IMG/VR virus record: IMGVR_UViG_3300032236_000548
Location: 32,001-96,000 of that record
DNA from: a virus
Reading direction: 5' to 3' (one strand)
DNA: 64,000 nt
The stretch's first letter is position 1; each line of letters begins with the position of its first letter. A model generated the notes under the pieces. That model made no database searches and had not been told where the DNA came from. It saw nothing but the letters and a program-made list of their open reading frames with translations. A program made the translations under genes and the position numbers. Of the stretch, positions 1 to 10,046 are shown piece after piece.

Positions 1-7
1 TCTATTC

Positions 8-1330
8 ATGAGCGATCCATGCTACCGCGTTATTTCTTCTTTGGAAGATCATCCTAGCCGTTTGAACAAAGAAGCTATTATTTTGATACAAGCTCAAGAT
101 GGCAACAAAGAATTCTTTGAAGGTTGTCGCCTAGCACTAGATCCAATGATTACCTTTGGACTTAAACAAATATCGGAGAAAACAGATGAAGACGGCCCTG
201 GCTTACCTTGGGACAGTTTTACTCTCGCTCTTACTGGTTTCATTACTCGCAATGTCACCGGTAATACAGCACGGACTATGATTGAAACTATGATGAAATC
301 AGCTACCAAAAAAGAGTGGAATGGCTGGTATCGTCGGATCCTTATCAAAGACTTGCGTTGCGGAGTAAGCGAAAAAACAATTAACAAAGTAGTGGAGAAG
401 AAATATGCTGACTATAGCATTCCTGTTTTCGGTTGTCAACTTGCTCACGATAGTGCAAATCATGAGTCTAAAGTGTCAGGAAAGAAACTTATCGAAGTTA
501 AACTTGATGGGGTTAGGGTTATCACTATTGTTCGCTGTGACGGCCGTGTCGATATGTTTAGTCGGAATGGTAAAGAGCTGGTAAACTTTCCGCAAATTGC
601 TGAACAGATTAGTAACGTAGTTAAATCAGACCCTCCACCATATGATCTAGTATTAGACGGTGAAGTAATGTCTAGCAGTTTCCAAGACTTAATGAAACAA
701 GTACATCGTAAGAGTGATGTTCAAAGTGAAGACGCTATTCTTAATTTGTTTGACGTTATTCCATTAGAAGACTTTGAAAAAGGTGTTTGGGATAGAAAAC
801 AATCGGATCGTAGTGACATGGTTTACTACTGGCATAAAAAGCATAAAGATGCATTACCTAATGTTGCAGTTGTTGGGCACGAGCTTGTTGATTTAAATAC
901 AGACGAAGGGCAAAAGCGTTTTAAAGAAATTAACGCTCAGGCAATTGTTGGTGGCTACGAAGGTATTATGATTAAAGATCCAGAAGCTGGATACGAATGT
1001 AAGCGTAGTGTAGCATGGTTGAAACTAAAGCCCTTTATCGAAGTATCGTTGGAGGTAACTGGTGTTGAAGAAGGAACTGGTAAGAATGTTGGCAAACTTG
1101 GTGCGCTTATTTGCGAAGGTACCGACGATGGTAAAGCAATCCGTGTCAACGTGGGATCCGGTTTTACTGATGCTAATCGCGATGAATATTGGAGCGATCG
1201 TACAGGCCTACTTGGAAACATTGTCGAAGTGAGAGCCGATGCTATTACACAAAATCAAGACGGTACTTATAGTTTGCGATTTCCACGCTTTAAAGGTTTT
1301 AGAGGATTTCAAGCAGGTGAAAAAATTTAA
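8..1330 (+). CDS. lig: ATP-dependent DNA ligase
   Basis: Motif I EVKLDGVR, motif III VLDGE, motif IV EGIMIK, WLKLKP, and an OB-fold C-terminus with VGSGF and SLRFPRF. Confidence 0.95.
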   Translation: MSDPCYRVISSLEDHPSRLNKEAIILIQAQDGNKEFFEGCRLALDPMITFGLKQISEKTDEDGPGLPWDSFTLALTGFITRNVTGNTARTMIETMMKSATKKEWNGWYRRILIKDLRCGVSEKTINKVVEKKYADYSIPVFGCQLAHDSANHESKVSGKKLIEVKLDGVRVITIVRCDGRVDMFSRNGKELVNFPQIAEQISNVVKSDPPPYDLVLDGEVMSSSFQDLMKQVHRKSDVQSEDAILNLFDVIPLEDFEKGVWDRKQSDRSDMVYYWHKKHKDALPNVAVVGHELVDLNTDEGQKRFKEINAQAIVGGYEGIMIKDPEAGYECKRSVAWLKLKPFIEVSLEVTGVEEGTGKNVGKLGALICEGTDDGKAIRVNVGSGFTDANRDEYWSDRTGLLGNIVEVRADAITQNQDGTYSLRFPRFKGFRGFQAGEKI

Positions 1331-1331
1331 C

Positions 1332-1577
1332 ATGGAAAGATTGCGTGTAATTGGTATGATTGTCCTTGTAGGATCCATACTAATTCTAGCATGGCCAGTT
1401 CAACTGATAGACGATGATATACACACTCATCGTTTCTGTGCATACGGGCAAGTATACGTAGAATTCCAACACGGCTCTAGCAGATGGGGCACAACATTTT
1501 TAGATGAATACGGACATCCTATTTCATGCAATGAAGACGATGTCAAAACACAAACAGCACACAAGGAAGTAATATGA
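1332..1577 (+). CDS. small hypothetical protein with N-terminal TM/signal segment
   Basis: ATG at 1332 directly after the ligase stop (track start 1239 is overextended); hydrophobic VIGMIVLVGSILILAW; ATGA overlap with the next gene. Confidence 0.65.
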   Translation: MERLRVIGMIVLVGSILILAWPVQLIDDDIHTHRFCAYGQVYVEFQHGSSRWGTTFLDEYGHPISCNEDDVKTQTAHKEVI

Positions 1578-2410
1578 GTAGAACTCATTATTGGACAATT
1601 GGAAAGTTTGCAGATTGGGTGCGAGGAACTCCTAAACTCAAAATGGGTACCAGTGAGCAATGGGGCGAGTGGGAACGCAAAGCTCAAGGCTATAGTAAAC
1701 TACGGTACTGGCTAGCAGAAGAAGGATTAGACTATGCTCAAAAAATTGTTTTCTTTATCCCAGATACAATCCATGCGATTAAGTATTATATTAATAACCG
1801 CTATATCACTCGCAGTCACGCTCTTACTGCCCATCCTCGCGATATTAAACCTGGGGCTTGGCGTGATGTGGGAGACCGTTTTTTGCCTTGCCTATTTAAT
1901 GAGCTACAGGATTTTGTGGAAGTGGAACTCGCCTGGTGGCACCTTGCCTGGAGCCCAGAAGAAAGACCAAAATACAATATGCCATGGTGGGCAGTCGGTT
2001 GGTGGCGTATACGTACATGGCGTTGCCCACAAGCTGGATTGGACAACCTCGAGTGGCAACGACAGCTTCGTTGGAAAGAAGACGAAGTTGGGCCCAACTC
2101 AGACAGCTTGGGCAAACTTACACCACAAGCAGTTAAAGCACAAGAGATTCTTGACCTGTACACATGGTGGACACAAGTATATCGTAATCGTCCAGAACCA
2201 ATGGAAGCCAGTGGTTGGAGTGCTTACTGTGAAGCCGCAAGACTTGCAAACGGTGGCAAATTAAGTTTCGGCGGTGACAAGACTCCTGAGCTTGCTAAGA
2301 TGAGCAAAGTTGCTATGAAGAAGCTACACAAGATGGAAGCTGATTACGAAAAAGAAGACGAACAAATGATGATTCGACTAATAAAAGTTCGACACGGCCT
2401 CTGGACTTAA
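1574..2410 (+). CDS. hypothetical Trp-rich phage protein
   Basis: 278-aa ORF, AAGGA SD upstream, coupled to the previous gene. Confidence 0.8.
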   Translation: MSRTHYWTIGKFADWVRGTPKLKMGTSEQWGEWERKAQGYSKLRYWLAEEGLDYAQKIVFFIPDTIHAIKYYINNRYITRSHALTAHPRDIKPGAWRDVGDRFLPCLFNELQDFVEVELAWWHLAWSPEERPKYNMPWWAVGWWRIRTWRCPQAGLDNLEWQRQLRWKEDEVGPNSDSLGKLTPQAVKAQEILDLYTWWTQVYRNRPEPMEASGWSAYCEAARLANGGKLSFGGDKTPELAKMSKVAMKKLHKMEADYEKEDEQMMIRLIKVRHGLWT

Positions 2411-2417
2411 TAAGTAC

Positions 2418-3677
2418 ATGATGGATAAAAAAGATACTATATGTGCAATACCGTGGATGCACTTAAATTTCGAACCCAACGGTAAGGTAGTTCCTTGTTG
2501 TTTAACCAGTCACCACAATTATTTTGCAGGTGACTTAAACACACAAACTATTGATGAGATTTGGAATAGCGACAACATGAAATCGTTGCGTAAGCAAATG
2601 ATTAATGGCGAGCGTCCAAAGATTTGTGATACTTGTTGGAACAAAGAAGATGTCACAGGAGTAAGTGGACGGTTTTATCAAAACAGAGACTTTCCAGATG
2701 TTCTTAAAAAGATCCCTGACATTACATTAGAAGACGGTACTTGTACTGAGATGGAGCTCAAGTATTGGGACTTCCGTTTTAGTAACTTGTGTAATTATAA
2801 ATGTCGCAGTTGCGGTCCACGCTATAGTTCTGCATGGGTGCCTGATGCTAAAAAGCTCGGCTACACCGACCAAGAAAAAGTATGGAATATCGAAGCAGTT
2901 GAGAACAAAGCAAACGTCGACTTCCTAGAGGATCAGATAGACACTGTTCGTAGAATTTATTTTGCCGGTGGCGAACCCTTACTCATGGACGAGCACTGGC
3001 AGATACTTGACAAACTAGTAGAACGTAAACGTTTTGATGTTAAGTTAAGTTACAATACTAATGTTAGCACACTAACCTATGGTAAGAAGAATGTAGTTGA
3101 CTATTGGAAACAATGGCAATTAGGTAAACTAGAAGTATGGCCTAGTATTGACGAAATTGGTGAACGTGCTGAATTGATACGCAGTGGTACAGTCTGGAGT
3201 AAAGTAGAAGAAAACTTGAAAGAACTTGCCAAGTACGATAATATCATCTTGCGTCCTGGTATGACTATCGGTGCATGGAACGTTCGTAGACTTCCTACCA
3301 TTATCACATACTTGACCGACTTAGGAGTAGTTCGCCGCCATCCTGAAATTTATCAGTATGTTAACTATAATAATTTCTTTATAAACTTACTAGATCATCC
3401 TAGACATTACCATGTGGGTATTTTACCAGATGGCTACAAAAATGAAACTATCAAAGAGCTAGAAGCATTTGCCGAAGAATACAATAAAAAGTATAATACA
3501 GATATAAGTTCAGTCTTCACACAAATAATACACGAGCTTAAACAGCCTCATGATCCAGAAGCGGCTAAACGATTCTTACATACTACAAAACGTGTAGACG
3601 ATATCAGAGATGAGAAATTCTTTGATGTTGTTCCTGAACTTGCTATCATAAGAGATATGTACCCAGGAGTGTACTAA
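2418..3677 (+). CDS. radical SAM protein with N-terminal SPASM/twitch-like Cys cluster
   Basis: CNYKCRSC (CxxxCxxC) and FAGGEPL; N-terminal C..PW...G.V.PCC...CDTC. Confidence 0.9.
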   Translation: MMDKKDTICAIPWMHLNFEPNGKVVPCCLTSHHNYFAGDLNTQTIDEIWNSDNMKSLRKQMINGERPKICDTCWNKEDVTGVSGRFYQNRDFPDVLKKIPDITLEDGTCTEMELKYWDFRFSNLCNYKCRSCGPRYSSAWVPDAKKLGYTDQEKVWNIEAVENKANVDFLEDQIDTVRRIYFAGGEPLLMDEHWQILDKLVERKRFDVKLSYNTNVSTLTYGKKNVVDYWKQWQLGKLEVWPSIDEIGERAELIRSGTVWSKVEENLKELAKYDNIILRPGMTIGAWNVRRLPTIITYLTDLGVVRRHPEIYQYVNYNNFFINLLDHPRHYHVGILPDGYKNETIKELEAFAEEYNKKYNTDISSVFTQIIHELKQPHDPEAAKRFLHTTKRVDDIRDEKFFDVVPELAIIRDMYPGVY

Positions 3678-3678
3678 T

Positions 3679-4611
3679 ATGAGTACCATTGCTGTATTTG
3701 AAATGATGGATAAGAATCGAACTCCATATGCATTAACGTTCAACTTATACAACTCATCACTGGCCAAACGCTGGCAAGCAATGGTAGAACAAAATGTACA
3801 AGCTCAGCACGAGATTTACGCAAGTTTTATTAACCTTACTTACGACAGGCTTCCTGAAGTATTAGAAGAGCTTAATGAAATGGTTGCTATAATTAATCGC
3901 AACTATGATAAAAAGTTACCCGAGTTTATTAGCACAGAAATTTTAGATCAGCAAATCTTAAATGACTTGCATGAAGAGTACGAAGTGTACGGCGGTAGAA
4001 TCGATCAATTCGAATCTAAAAAATTACACGCAAGTTTTTTAAGATTAAACGAATTGATTCATGCTTGTGAAGAAATGACTGCAACCAAGGATAAGAAGTT
4101 TATCCCCATGAGTGCGCTAATCGACTATTACCCACAGGGCATACACGAGCCTTTGAAGGATCAGGATAAAGTATACCTAACTACAGACTTCAATTGGGGC
4201 AAGTTGTATCTAGGGTATAACACCTTAGGAAAAGATTGGTTAGAAGTGCAACGTCATAACGACTTAGATGTTATACTGAGAAATCAAGTTCGTAAGCAAG
4301 AAAGATTTGCCGCCGAATGTTGGTTAAACTTTACACAAGACGATACGTGTAAGTGGAATGCAACTCAGTTTGAAAAGTGGTATGATAAGTTATCTCCCGA
4401 GATACAAGCACAAGTTCCCGTAGACGACATGTCTGCGCTGGCATTAGGCAGATATGAAATTGGAACACTAGAGATTACAGAAAATTTCTTAGAATACCAC
4501 AATAACAAATCTGATTGGTTAGTTCCAGAACATCCGATAAAAGCAAAGTGGAACAAAGAAGTGTTTTCCACATTTAAAATAGTCAAGAGCATTAAGTTCA
4601 TAAATGTCTAA
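3679..4611 (+). CDS. hypothetical protein in the radical SAM cluster
   Basis: 310-aa ORF tightly packed between two radical SAM genes. Confidence 0.75.
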   Translation: MSTIAVFEMMDKNRTPYALTFNLYNSSLAKRWQAMVEQNVQAQHEIYASFINLTYDRLPEVLEELNEMVAIINRNYDKKLPEFISTEILDQQILNDLHEEYEVYGGRIDQFESKKLHASFLRLNELIHACEEMTATKDKKFIPMSALIDYYPQGIHEPLKDQDKVYLTTDFNWGKLYLGYNTLGKDWLEVQRHNDLDVILRNQVRKQERFAAECWLNFTQDDTCKWNATQFEKWYDKLSPEIQAQVPVDDMSALALGRYEIGTLEITENFLEYHNNKSDWLVPEHPIKAKWNKEVFSTFKIVKSIKFINV

Positions 4612-5533
4612 AATTATAGAAATAAAACAGCACACTCCTGACTTATATTTGACTTGGGTCATTAATAATATATGCACCAACAAATGTAGTTACTGCCCAC
4701 CTAACCTACACAACGGTACTAACCATAACTACGAATGGGAACAGGCTGAAGCATTTATACAAGAGTTACTTAAACGCTATCCTAAAATACAACTAGCTAT
4801 CAGCGGTGGCGAACCAACACTAAGTCCATTTCTTAAAGACATGGTTAAAATGTTTAGTGATGCTGGGCATCCAGTAGGCATGACTACAAACGGTGCTAGA
4901 ACTGTAAGATACTTTGAAGAAATTTCTCAGTATATGAGCTACATTGTTATGAGCTACCATCCAAGTTTTGAAGACCCTGAGTTGTTAGAAAAGGCATTAG
5001 CCTGCGCCCAACATACAAAAACAACTGTAGCTGTTATGATGGATAGTAGACATTTTGATCAAAGTCTAGCAATGTATTATAAATTACGTACATATGATGT
5101 GTTACAAGTAGAGCCTTGGAGAATTACTCCTTGGATTAAAAATAATACAGTAGGATGCGACTACACTGAAGATCAGCTACGGATACTTAGTTCATTATCA
5201 ACCAAAGAAATGAATAACCCAGTTGTGCCAAAAAATGAAGGAACAATGGGTGCAACCTTTTATTTCGAAGATGGATCTGAGCAAAACAGTAACGCACAAG
5301 ATTTAATTAATGAAAAGCTCACTAACTTTTATGGTTGGGAGTGTGACATCGGACTTAATAGTTTATATGTAAGGTTAGACGGCGGAGTACGGTTGGGTAA
5401 CTGTATTAGCTCTAGCTACATAGGAAATATACAAAATTATAAAGATATACAATGGCCGACAAAATCGTTTATATGTCCGCAGACATTCTGCCATTGCACA
5501 ACTGACGTATACGTATCAAAGAGACCAGTATGA
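4604..5533 (+). CDS. radical SAM protein with C-terminal twitch-like Cys cluster
   Basis: CTNKCSYC, SGGEPTL and TTNG; C-terminal CDIG...NC...CPQTFCHC. Confidence 0.9.
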   Translation: MSKIIEIKQHTPDLYLTWVINNICTNKCSYCPPNLHNGTNHNYEWEQAEAFIQELLKRYPKIQLAISGGEPTLSPFLKDMVKMFSDAGHPVGMTTNGARTVRYFEEISQYMSYIVMSYHPSFEDPELLEKALACAQHTKTTVAVMMDSRHFDQSLAMYYKLRTYDVLQVEPWRITPWIKNNTVGCDYTEDQLRILSSLSTKEMNNPVVPKNEGTMGATFYFEDGSEQNSNAQDLINEKLTNFYGWECDIGLNSLYVRLDGGVRLGNCISSSYIGNIQNYKDIQWPTKSFICPQTFCHCTTDVYVSKRPV

Positions 5534-6336
5534 CAACTTTAAGAATATATGGAGACAGCTACGGCGCACCATTTGAAGGAAGCGGTTGGCCTAATATGTT
5601 GTCCAAGAAACTTGGCGCACCTGTAATTAATACTGCTATTCCCGGAGCCAGTACAGAATATGCCGCATTGAAACTTGCACGAGATATACAGCGTAATCTT
5701 ATTAAAGATGGGGATATTGTAATTTTTGTTCCTAGTACACCAGGAAGGTTACATCTCGATTATCAAATCAGGCAAGATGCTAGTACTGCGGCAACATACT
5801 TGCACGGCGATAAACAAATTAAAAAAGAAGACCATCCTTGGTTCTTTGAAAATCGCAAACACATAGAATGGTTATTAGTTAATCAAAGCCATGATATTAA
5901 CTTATTAAATCATGAAAGCTATTTGAATTTAATACGTCAAGTTGCACTAGGTAGACCCGAGTGTTTATTCATAGTATTAAAAAATAGCGATTGGCGATTT
6001 CATATTCCAGTTGGCAAACCTTCTGAAAACTTTTTAATGCCAAATATACTTCTAAACGAAATATCCCAAACGGAAGTCGAAGGGTACGTTTCATATTTTG
6101 ATTTTGTAGAACATACTCAAGTTGATGTTAGAGCGAACCATTTAACAGTTCCCAATTTAACAATATTGGCTGACTTATTATTTGAAAGTATTAATACCCG
6201 TTCTGTAGATAACTTTACATATGATAAATTCAAATCAAATGTTATTAAGAAAATTCACTCAAAAGAAGAATATCACGAGTGTGTAAACAAAGGTTTACTA
6301 ACTTTCCAGCATTGGATTTTGGATAGAATAGGTTGA
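5530..6336 (+). CDS. hypothetical protein, SGNH/GDSL-like
   Basis: N-terminal IYGDSY...W...N.AIPGAS block and a late NHL motif, resembling SGNH hydrolases. Confidence 0.55.
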   Translation: MTTLRIYGDSYGAPFEGSGWPNMLSKKLGAPVINTAIPGASTEYAALKLARDIQRNLIKDGDIVIFVPSTPGRLHLDYQIRQDASTAATYLHGDKQIKKEDHPWFFENRKHIEWLLVNQSHDINLLNHESYLNLIRQVALGRPECLFIVLKNSDWRFHIPVGKPSENFLMPNILLNEISQTEVEGYVSYFDFVEHTQVDVRANHLTVPNLTILADLLFESINTRSVDNFTYDKFKSNVIKKIHSKEEYHECVNKGLLTFQHWILDRIG

Positions 6337-6361
6337 CACCTTGGCATTTTGATACTATAAT
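6333..6361 (+). promoter_or_regulatory. consensus sigma70 (early) promoter
   Basis: TTGACA (6333-6338), 17 nt, TATAAT (6356-6361). Confidence 0.85.
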
Positions 6362-6393
6362 ATAAGTATTGTTAAACAAAGCAGGAGCTAAAA

Positions 6394-7581
6394 TTGGCCA
6401 AAACAGCTACAAAAACTCGCGTTACCAAAAAGCAAGTTATTGCACACCGTACTAAAGCAACCAAAGATCACAGCCCAACTTGGGAAAATGTAGAACAAAT
6501 GGATGCTGACCAATTTTTGCGTCACTGGCACAATGCAATGTCTTACTACCGTCTAGAGTTTAGCGGTAAAGATTTGAAACCCGCAGTTATCAAATGGATG
6601 ACTAACGAAGGTTGTACAAAAGAAGACATCGCCGCTTTTAAGAAAACTAAAGACAACCGTTGTAACAGCACAATGGGCGCTATTGCAAGTTGTTTGCTCC
6701 GCGGTATGCCCGCAGTTCGAGCAGACTTTAATGACGGGCGTGATACTGCCGCATGGTTGCGTGGACAGATTGTTGACGTTATTGAGCAAGGTAAGAATGA
6801 CGTGGAAGATGAAGTTGTTGAAACCAAGCCCACAGTTGTACAGCCTAGTATTCAAGAACGTGTTAAAGATGCCGCTTATCGCATGACTGAAGAATTGGAA
6901 GATGCTATCGAAGGCTTCCAAGTAGATGCTGAAAACTTTGATCCAAAAGCATTTAAAGTTCTTAACTTGCTCAAAGGTAAAGAAGTCAAAGCCGCTCATG
7001 CTCGTATCATCAAAGGCTTTTACGAAAAAGATTTGGCTGAATTGGAGGAACTTGCTAGCGGCAAGGGCGACGAGCAGTTGAAAGAAGGTTACGCACATCG
7101 TAGCAAAAAGCAAATTCGTAGTTTGATTACATTCTATCAAGAAATTATGAGTGCTTGCGATATGCTTGCCCAAGAAGCTAAAGTTAACCGTAAGCCACGC
7201 AAGACTAAGGTTGTTCCTAAAGACAAGATTGTTGCTAAACTCAAGTACATGAAGTCTAACGAGCCACTTAAACTTGTGTCAATTAACCCTACTGATATTA
7301 TTGGTTCTAAAGAATTGTGGATCTTTAACACTAAGACACGCAAATTGGGCAAGTATATTGCTAGCGAGTTTGCAGACTTGGGTGTAAAAGGCACTACAAT
7401 TACAGGCTTCGACGAGTTTAAGAGTGTTCAAAAGACTATTCGTAAGCCCGAAGAAAAGCTCAAAGAGTTCAAAGCGGCCGGCAAGGTACAGTTGCGTAAG
7501 TTCCTAGAGGATATTAACGCTACAGATACTAAAATGAACGGTCGTATTAACGAAGATACAGTATTGCTTAAAGTAGCATAA
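6394..7581 (+). CDS. basic hypothetical phage protein (early)
   Basis: 395-aa ORF with TTG start and AGGAG SD, behind a consensus promoter. Confidence 0.85.
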   Translation: MAKTATKTRVTKKQVIAHRTKATKDHSPTWENVEQMDADQFLRHWHNAMSYYRLEFSGKDLKPAVIKWMTNEGCTKEDIAAFKKTKDNRCNSTMGAIASCLLRGMPAVRADFNDGRDTAAWLRGQIVDVIEQGKNDVEDEVVETKPTVVQPSIQERVKDAAYRMTEELEDAIEGFQVDAENFDPKAFKVLNLLKGKEVKAAHARIIKGFYEKDLAELEELASGKGDEQLKEGYAHRSKKQIRSLITFYQEIMSACDMLAQEAKVNRKPRKTKVVPKDKIVAKLKYMKSNEPLKLVSINPTDIIGSKELWIFNTKTRKLGKYIASEFADLGVKGTTITGFDEFKSVQKTIRKPEEKLKEFKAAGKVQLRKFLEDINATDTKMNGRINEDTVLLKVA

Positions 7582-7598
7582 GGGTACAGCAAAACATG

Positions 7599-7606
7599 GA
7601 TAAATA
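7599..7606 (+). promoter_or_regulatory. T4-like late promoter (TAAATA core)
   Basis: GATAAATA 20 nt before a structural gene; the same core recurs upstream of many genes in the window. Confidence 0.65.
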
Positions 7607-7626
7607 CTCCAAAGAGAGTATTTTCC

Positions 7627-9057
7627 ATGGCCCAAACAATCAACGATAGCATTATTCAAATAGTACAAGCCGAGCTTGCCGATTCAAACGGCACGTTTAC
7701 GCATACTGGCGACTATACAATAAATGGTACATTAACAGTTTCTAGTCTAGTTACTAGAACCGGTGACGGTGCCGCACCCGGAAATTTTACTGCAAATTCT
7801 GAACAAGAATTAAATGGACAAGGTATACACTGGAAATCAGATGTTACTGATAATATTCTAGCATATCGTTTAGGAAGCAGACTATGGACCAACGCAAACT
7901 TTGATTTGTCAGCTGGCTCTGCTTATAAAATTGATAACAACGATGTACTAACTGCCACAGCGTTAGGCGGAGTTATTCGACACAGTAGCCTTACCAGCGT
8001 AGGTACTTTGGAAAGTTTAGCAGTATCAGGCGATACTAGCCTCGCAGATTTTGCATTTTTCAGTAGCACATTTAATCGCTTGGGTTTAGGTGTTGAAGAA
8101 CCCGAAGCTGCCATTAACATTTTAGAAAACAATGTTAGCATTGTATTGGGTAGTCCAGCTATAGGCACAGGGCAAGTGGGTACATTTAGCAATCACGATT
8201 TTGCGATTGTTACCGATAACCTATCACGTATTACAGTTAAAAATAACGGTGATGTTACTGTAGCAGGTAATGTAACTATTAATGGACAACTAACAGTATC
8301 TAATATCGTTTCGGACAGCAGAATCGATCGTACACATCCATTAGAATTTAATGCTACACGAGATACAAGTATCTATGGATTAGGATTAATTTGGAGCGGC
8401 ACCGGCTATGCTCGTCAATTAATCATGATGAGTTCTCCTGATAGATTGTACACCACTGAAAGTTTTGACATTGGTGAAAATCAAACTTACCATGTCAATG
8501 GTAAACCCGTATTAAGCGAAACTGCATTGGGTGCGGGCGTAGTACGTTCAAACTTATCTACAGTAGGTACACTAGATTCACTAACTGTATCAGGATTAGC
8601 AACACTACACGGCGGTGTGGATGCTAGCACAAGCGATGTTACTGCTAAAACTTTAACATTTAACGACGGTGATTCTATTGTTTCTTACAGCACTGCCGGT
8701 GCTAATGCTAGTTCAAGTTTTGCACTAAGCGTACAGAACAAAGAAATTATCTACGGTGATGGTAATCAGATTAGTATCGGTGATAAGAGTTTACAAGCTA
8801 AACCTGTAAAAGTATTTGGCAAACTAAGTGTAGGTATTAATAACCCAGATCCAACAGTTAATTTTAGCGTAAATGGAGATGTTAGTATCGGCGGTAAACG
8901 CTTTACTAGTGCTACAGAAGCACCTACATCTGGTAGCTATCAACTTGGTGACATTTGTTGGAATAGTGCTCCGCATACTAACAGCTATGTTGGCTGGGTG
9001 TGTGTAGTTGCCGGCACACCAGGTCAATGGTGTGGCTTTGGACAAATTGCTAGTTAA
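7627..9057 (+). CDS. tail fibre/spike-like structural protein
   Basis: G/S/T/N-rich beta repeats; internal duplication (SSLTSVGTLESLAVSG / SNLSTVGTLDSLTVSG); C-terminal APTSG...GD..WN..P...GWVC...GTPGQW..FG tailspike-type motif. Confidence 0.7.
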   Translation: MAQTINDSIIQIVQAELADSNGTFTHTGDYTINGTLTVSSLVTRTGDGAAPGNFTANSEQELNGQGIHWKSDVTDNILAYRLGSRLWTNANFDLSAGSAYKIDNNDVLTATALGGVIRHSSLTSVGTLESLAVSGDTSLADFAFFSSTFNRLGLGVEEPEAAINILENNVSIVLGSPAIGTGQVGTFSNHDFAIVTDNLSRITVKNNGDVTVAGNVTINGQLTVSNIVSDSRIDRTHPLEFNATRDTSIYGLGLIWSGTGYARQLIMMSSPDRLYTTESFDIGENQTYHVNGKPVLSETALGAGVVRSNLSTVGTLDSLTVSGLATLHGGVDASTSDVTAKTLTFNDGDSIVSYSTAGANASSSFALSVQNKEIIYGDGNQISIGDKSLQAKPVKVFGKLSVGINNPDPTVNFSVNGDVSIGGKRFTSATEAPTSGSYQLGDICWNSAPHTNSYVGWVCVVAGTPGQWCGFGQIAS

Positions 9058-9117
9058 ACTAGTCGTATTTAAATCAACGAAGTCTCAATAAATATTTGCT
9101 TAAGAGCGAATATTATT

Positions 9118-9453
9118 ATGGGACCTATTACCCGAGAACTATACAAACAAATTAAAGGCTGGAGGATCTACTCTGTTATCGCTCCGGCACTATTTTGTGC
9201 GAGTGCGGCTTTATTGTATCTAAAATACGGAACTCCCTTCCAATCAATTTTTTTCACAGGCTTGATTGTTTTGAGTGTAACTTGTATTAGTTGGTGGCAT
9301 TGGAGCCTTTCGACTATGGTTACCATGCTTGCCATTATGAAAGATACCGACGACCACTTTAAAGAAGTTGCTGAAAAATTGGAGCAACTACGTATCCAAA
9401 ATGGTGGCAGACCTGAATTAAAATTAGTCAAACCCGTTGACAACGATAAGTAA
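9118..9453 (+). CDS. two-TM membrane protein
   Basis: Two hydrophobic segments and a charged tail; TAAATA at 9089-9094 upstream. Confidence 0.7.
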   Translation: MGPITRELYKQIKGWRIYSVIAPALFCASAALLYLKYGTPFQSIFFTGLIVLSVTCISWWHWSLSTMVTMLAIMKDTDDHFKEVAEKLEQLRIQNGGRPELKLVKPVDNDK

Positions 9454-9464
9454 GAGTATATAAT
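9437..9464 (+). promoter_or_regulatory. consensus sigma70 promoter for queD
   Basis: TTGACA (9437-9442), 16 nt, TATAAT (9459-9464). Confidence 0.8.
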
Positions 9465-9470
9465 AGTTAT

Positions 9471-9517
9471 ATTGCGGCCTTAGACGCTCATCCCGCATTA
9501 TAAATTCTGCGTGTCAT
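9471..9517 (+). ncRNA. candidate preQ1-I-like riboswitch / H-type pseudoknot in the queD leader
   Basis: P1 TGCGG (9473-77) pairs with CCGCA (9493-97); 15-nt loop ending CATC; A-rich tail TTATAAA; downstream GCGT/GTGTC can pair with loop GACGC; lies between the promoter and queD. Confidence 0.5.
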
Positions 9518-9539
9518 TGCTAAATCTTAGGAGATAACA

Positions 9540-10046
9540 ATGGCAAATTTACAACCGGTTGCTTACAAATATCAAAGCACAAAAGAATATGTAGACGCAT
9601 TTCCATGCGCCTATAGACAGTGGAGGGCAGATAGCCACTGTAATTTGATCCATGGATATGCTTTTAGCATGAAGTTCTATTTTGGGACTAACGACTTAGA
9701 CGTTCGTAATTGGGCGGCTGATTACGGTGGATTAAAAGAACTCAAAAGTATGCTAGAAGATCAATTTGATCACACTTTATTGGTAAGTGAAGATGATCCA
9801 GAATTGGCTACTTACAAACTGCTACAAGAAAAGAAATTGGCTAAACTAACTATCCTACCTCGTTTAGGATGCGAAGGTTTAGCAGACATGCTGTACAAGT
9901 ATGTAAACGGTGTTTACATTCCAGACATGTGGGGACAAGGCGAAGCCGATCGCTTATGGTGCTACCGTGTGGAAGTTAGAGAAACTCAAAGTAATATGGC
10001 ATTTAGAGAAGGGCACCGCGAGTGGAATGAGGATCTTCTTTCGTAA
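9540..10046 (+). CDS. queD: 6-pyruvoyl-tetrahydropterin synthase / QueD-like protein
   Basis: SHCNLIHGY, DYGGLKELK...FDHTLL, GCEGLA and VRET motifs of the PTPS/QueD T-fold; AGGAG SD. Confidence 0.85.
   Translation: MANLQPVAYKYQSTKEYVDAFPCAYRQWRADSHCNLIHGYAFSMKFYFGTNDLDVRNWAADYGGLKELKSMLEDQFDHTLLVSEDDPELATYKLLQEKKLAKLTILPRLGCEGLADMLYKYVNGVYIPDMWGQGEADRLWCYRVEVRETQSNMAFREGHREWNEDLLS

Noticed and set aside
8-1330. Intein or intron in the ligase (also checked for the clamp loader, ClpA and the visible part of polB)
   Set aside because: Lengths and motif spacing are normal, with no splice-junction or homing-endonuclease motifs
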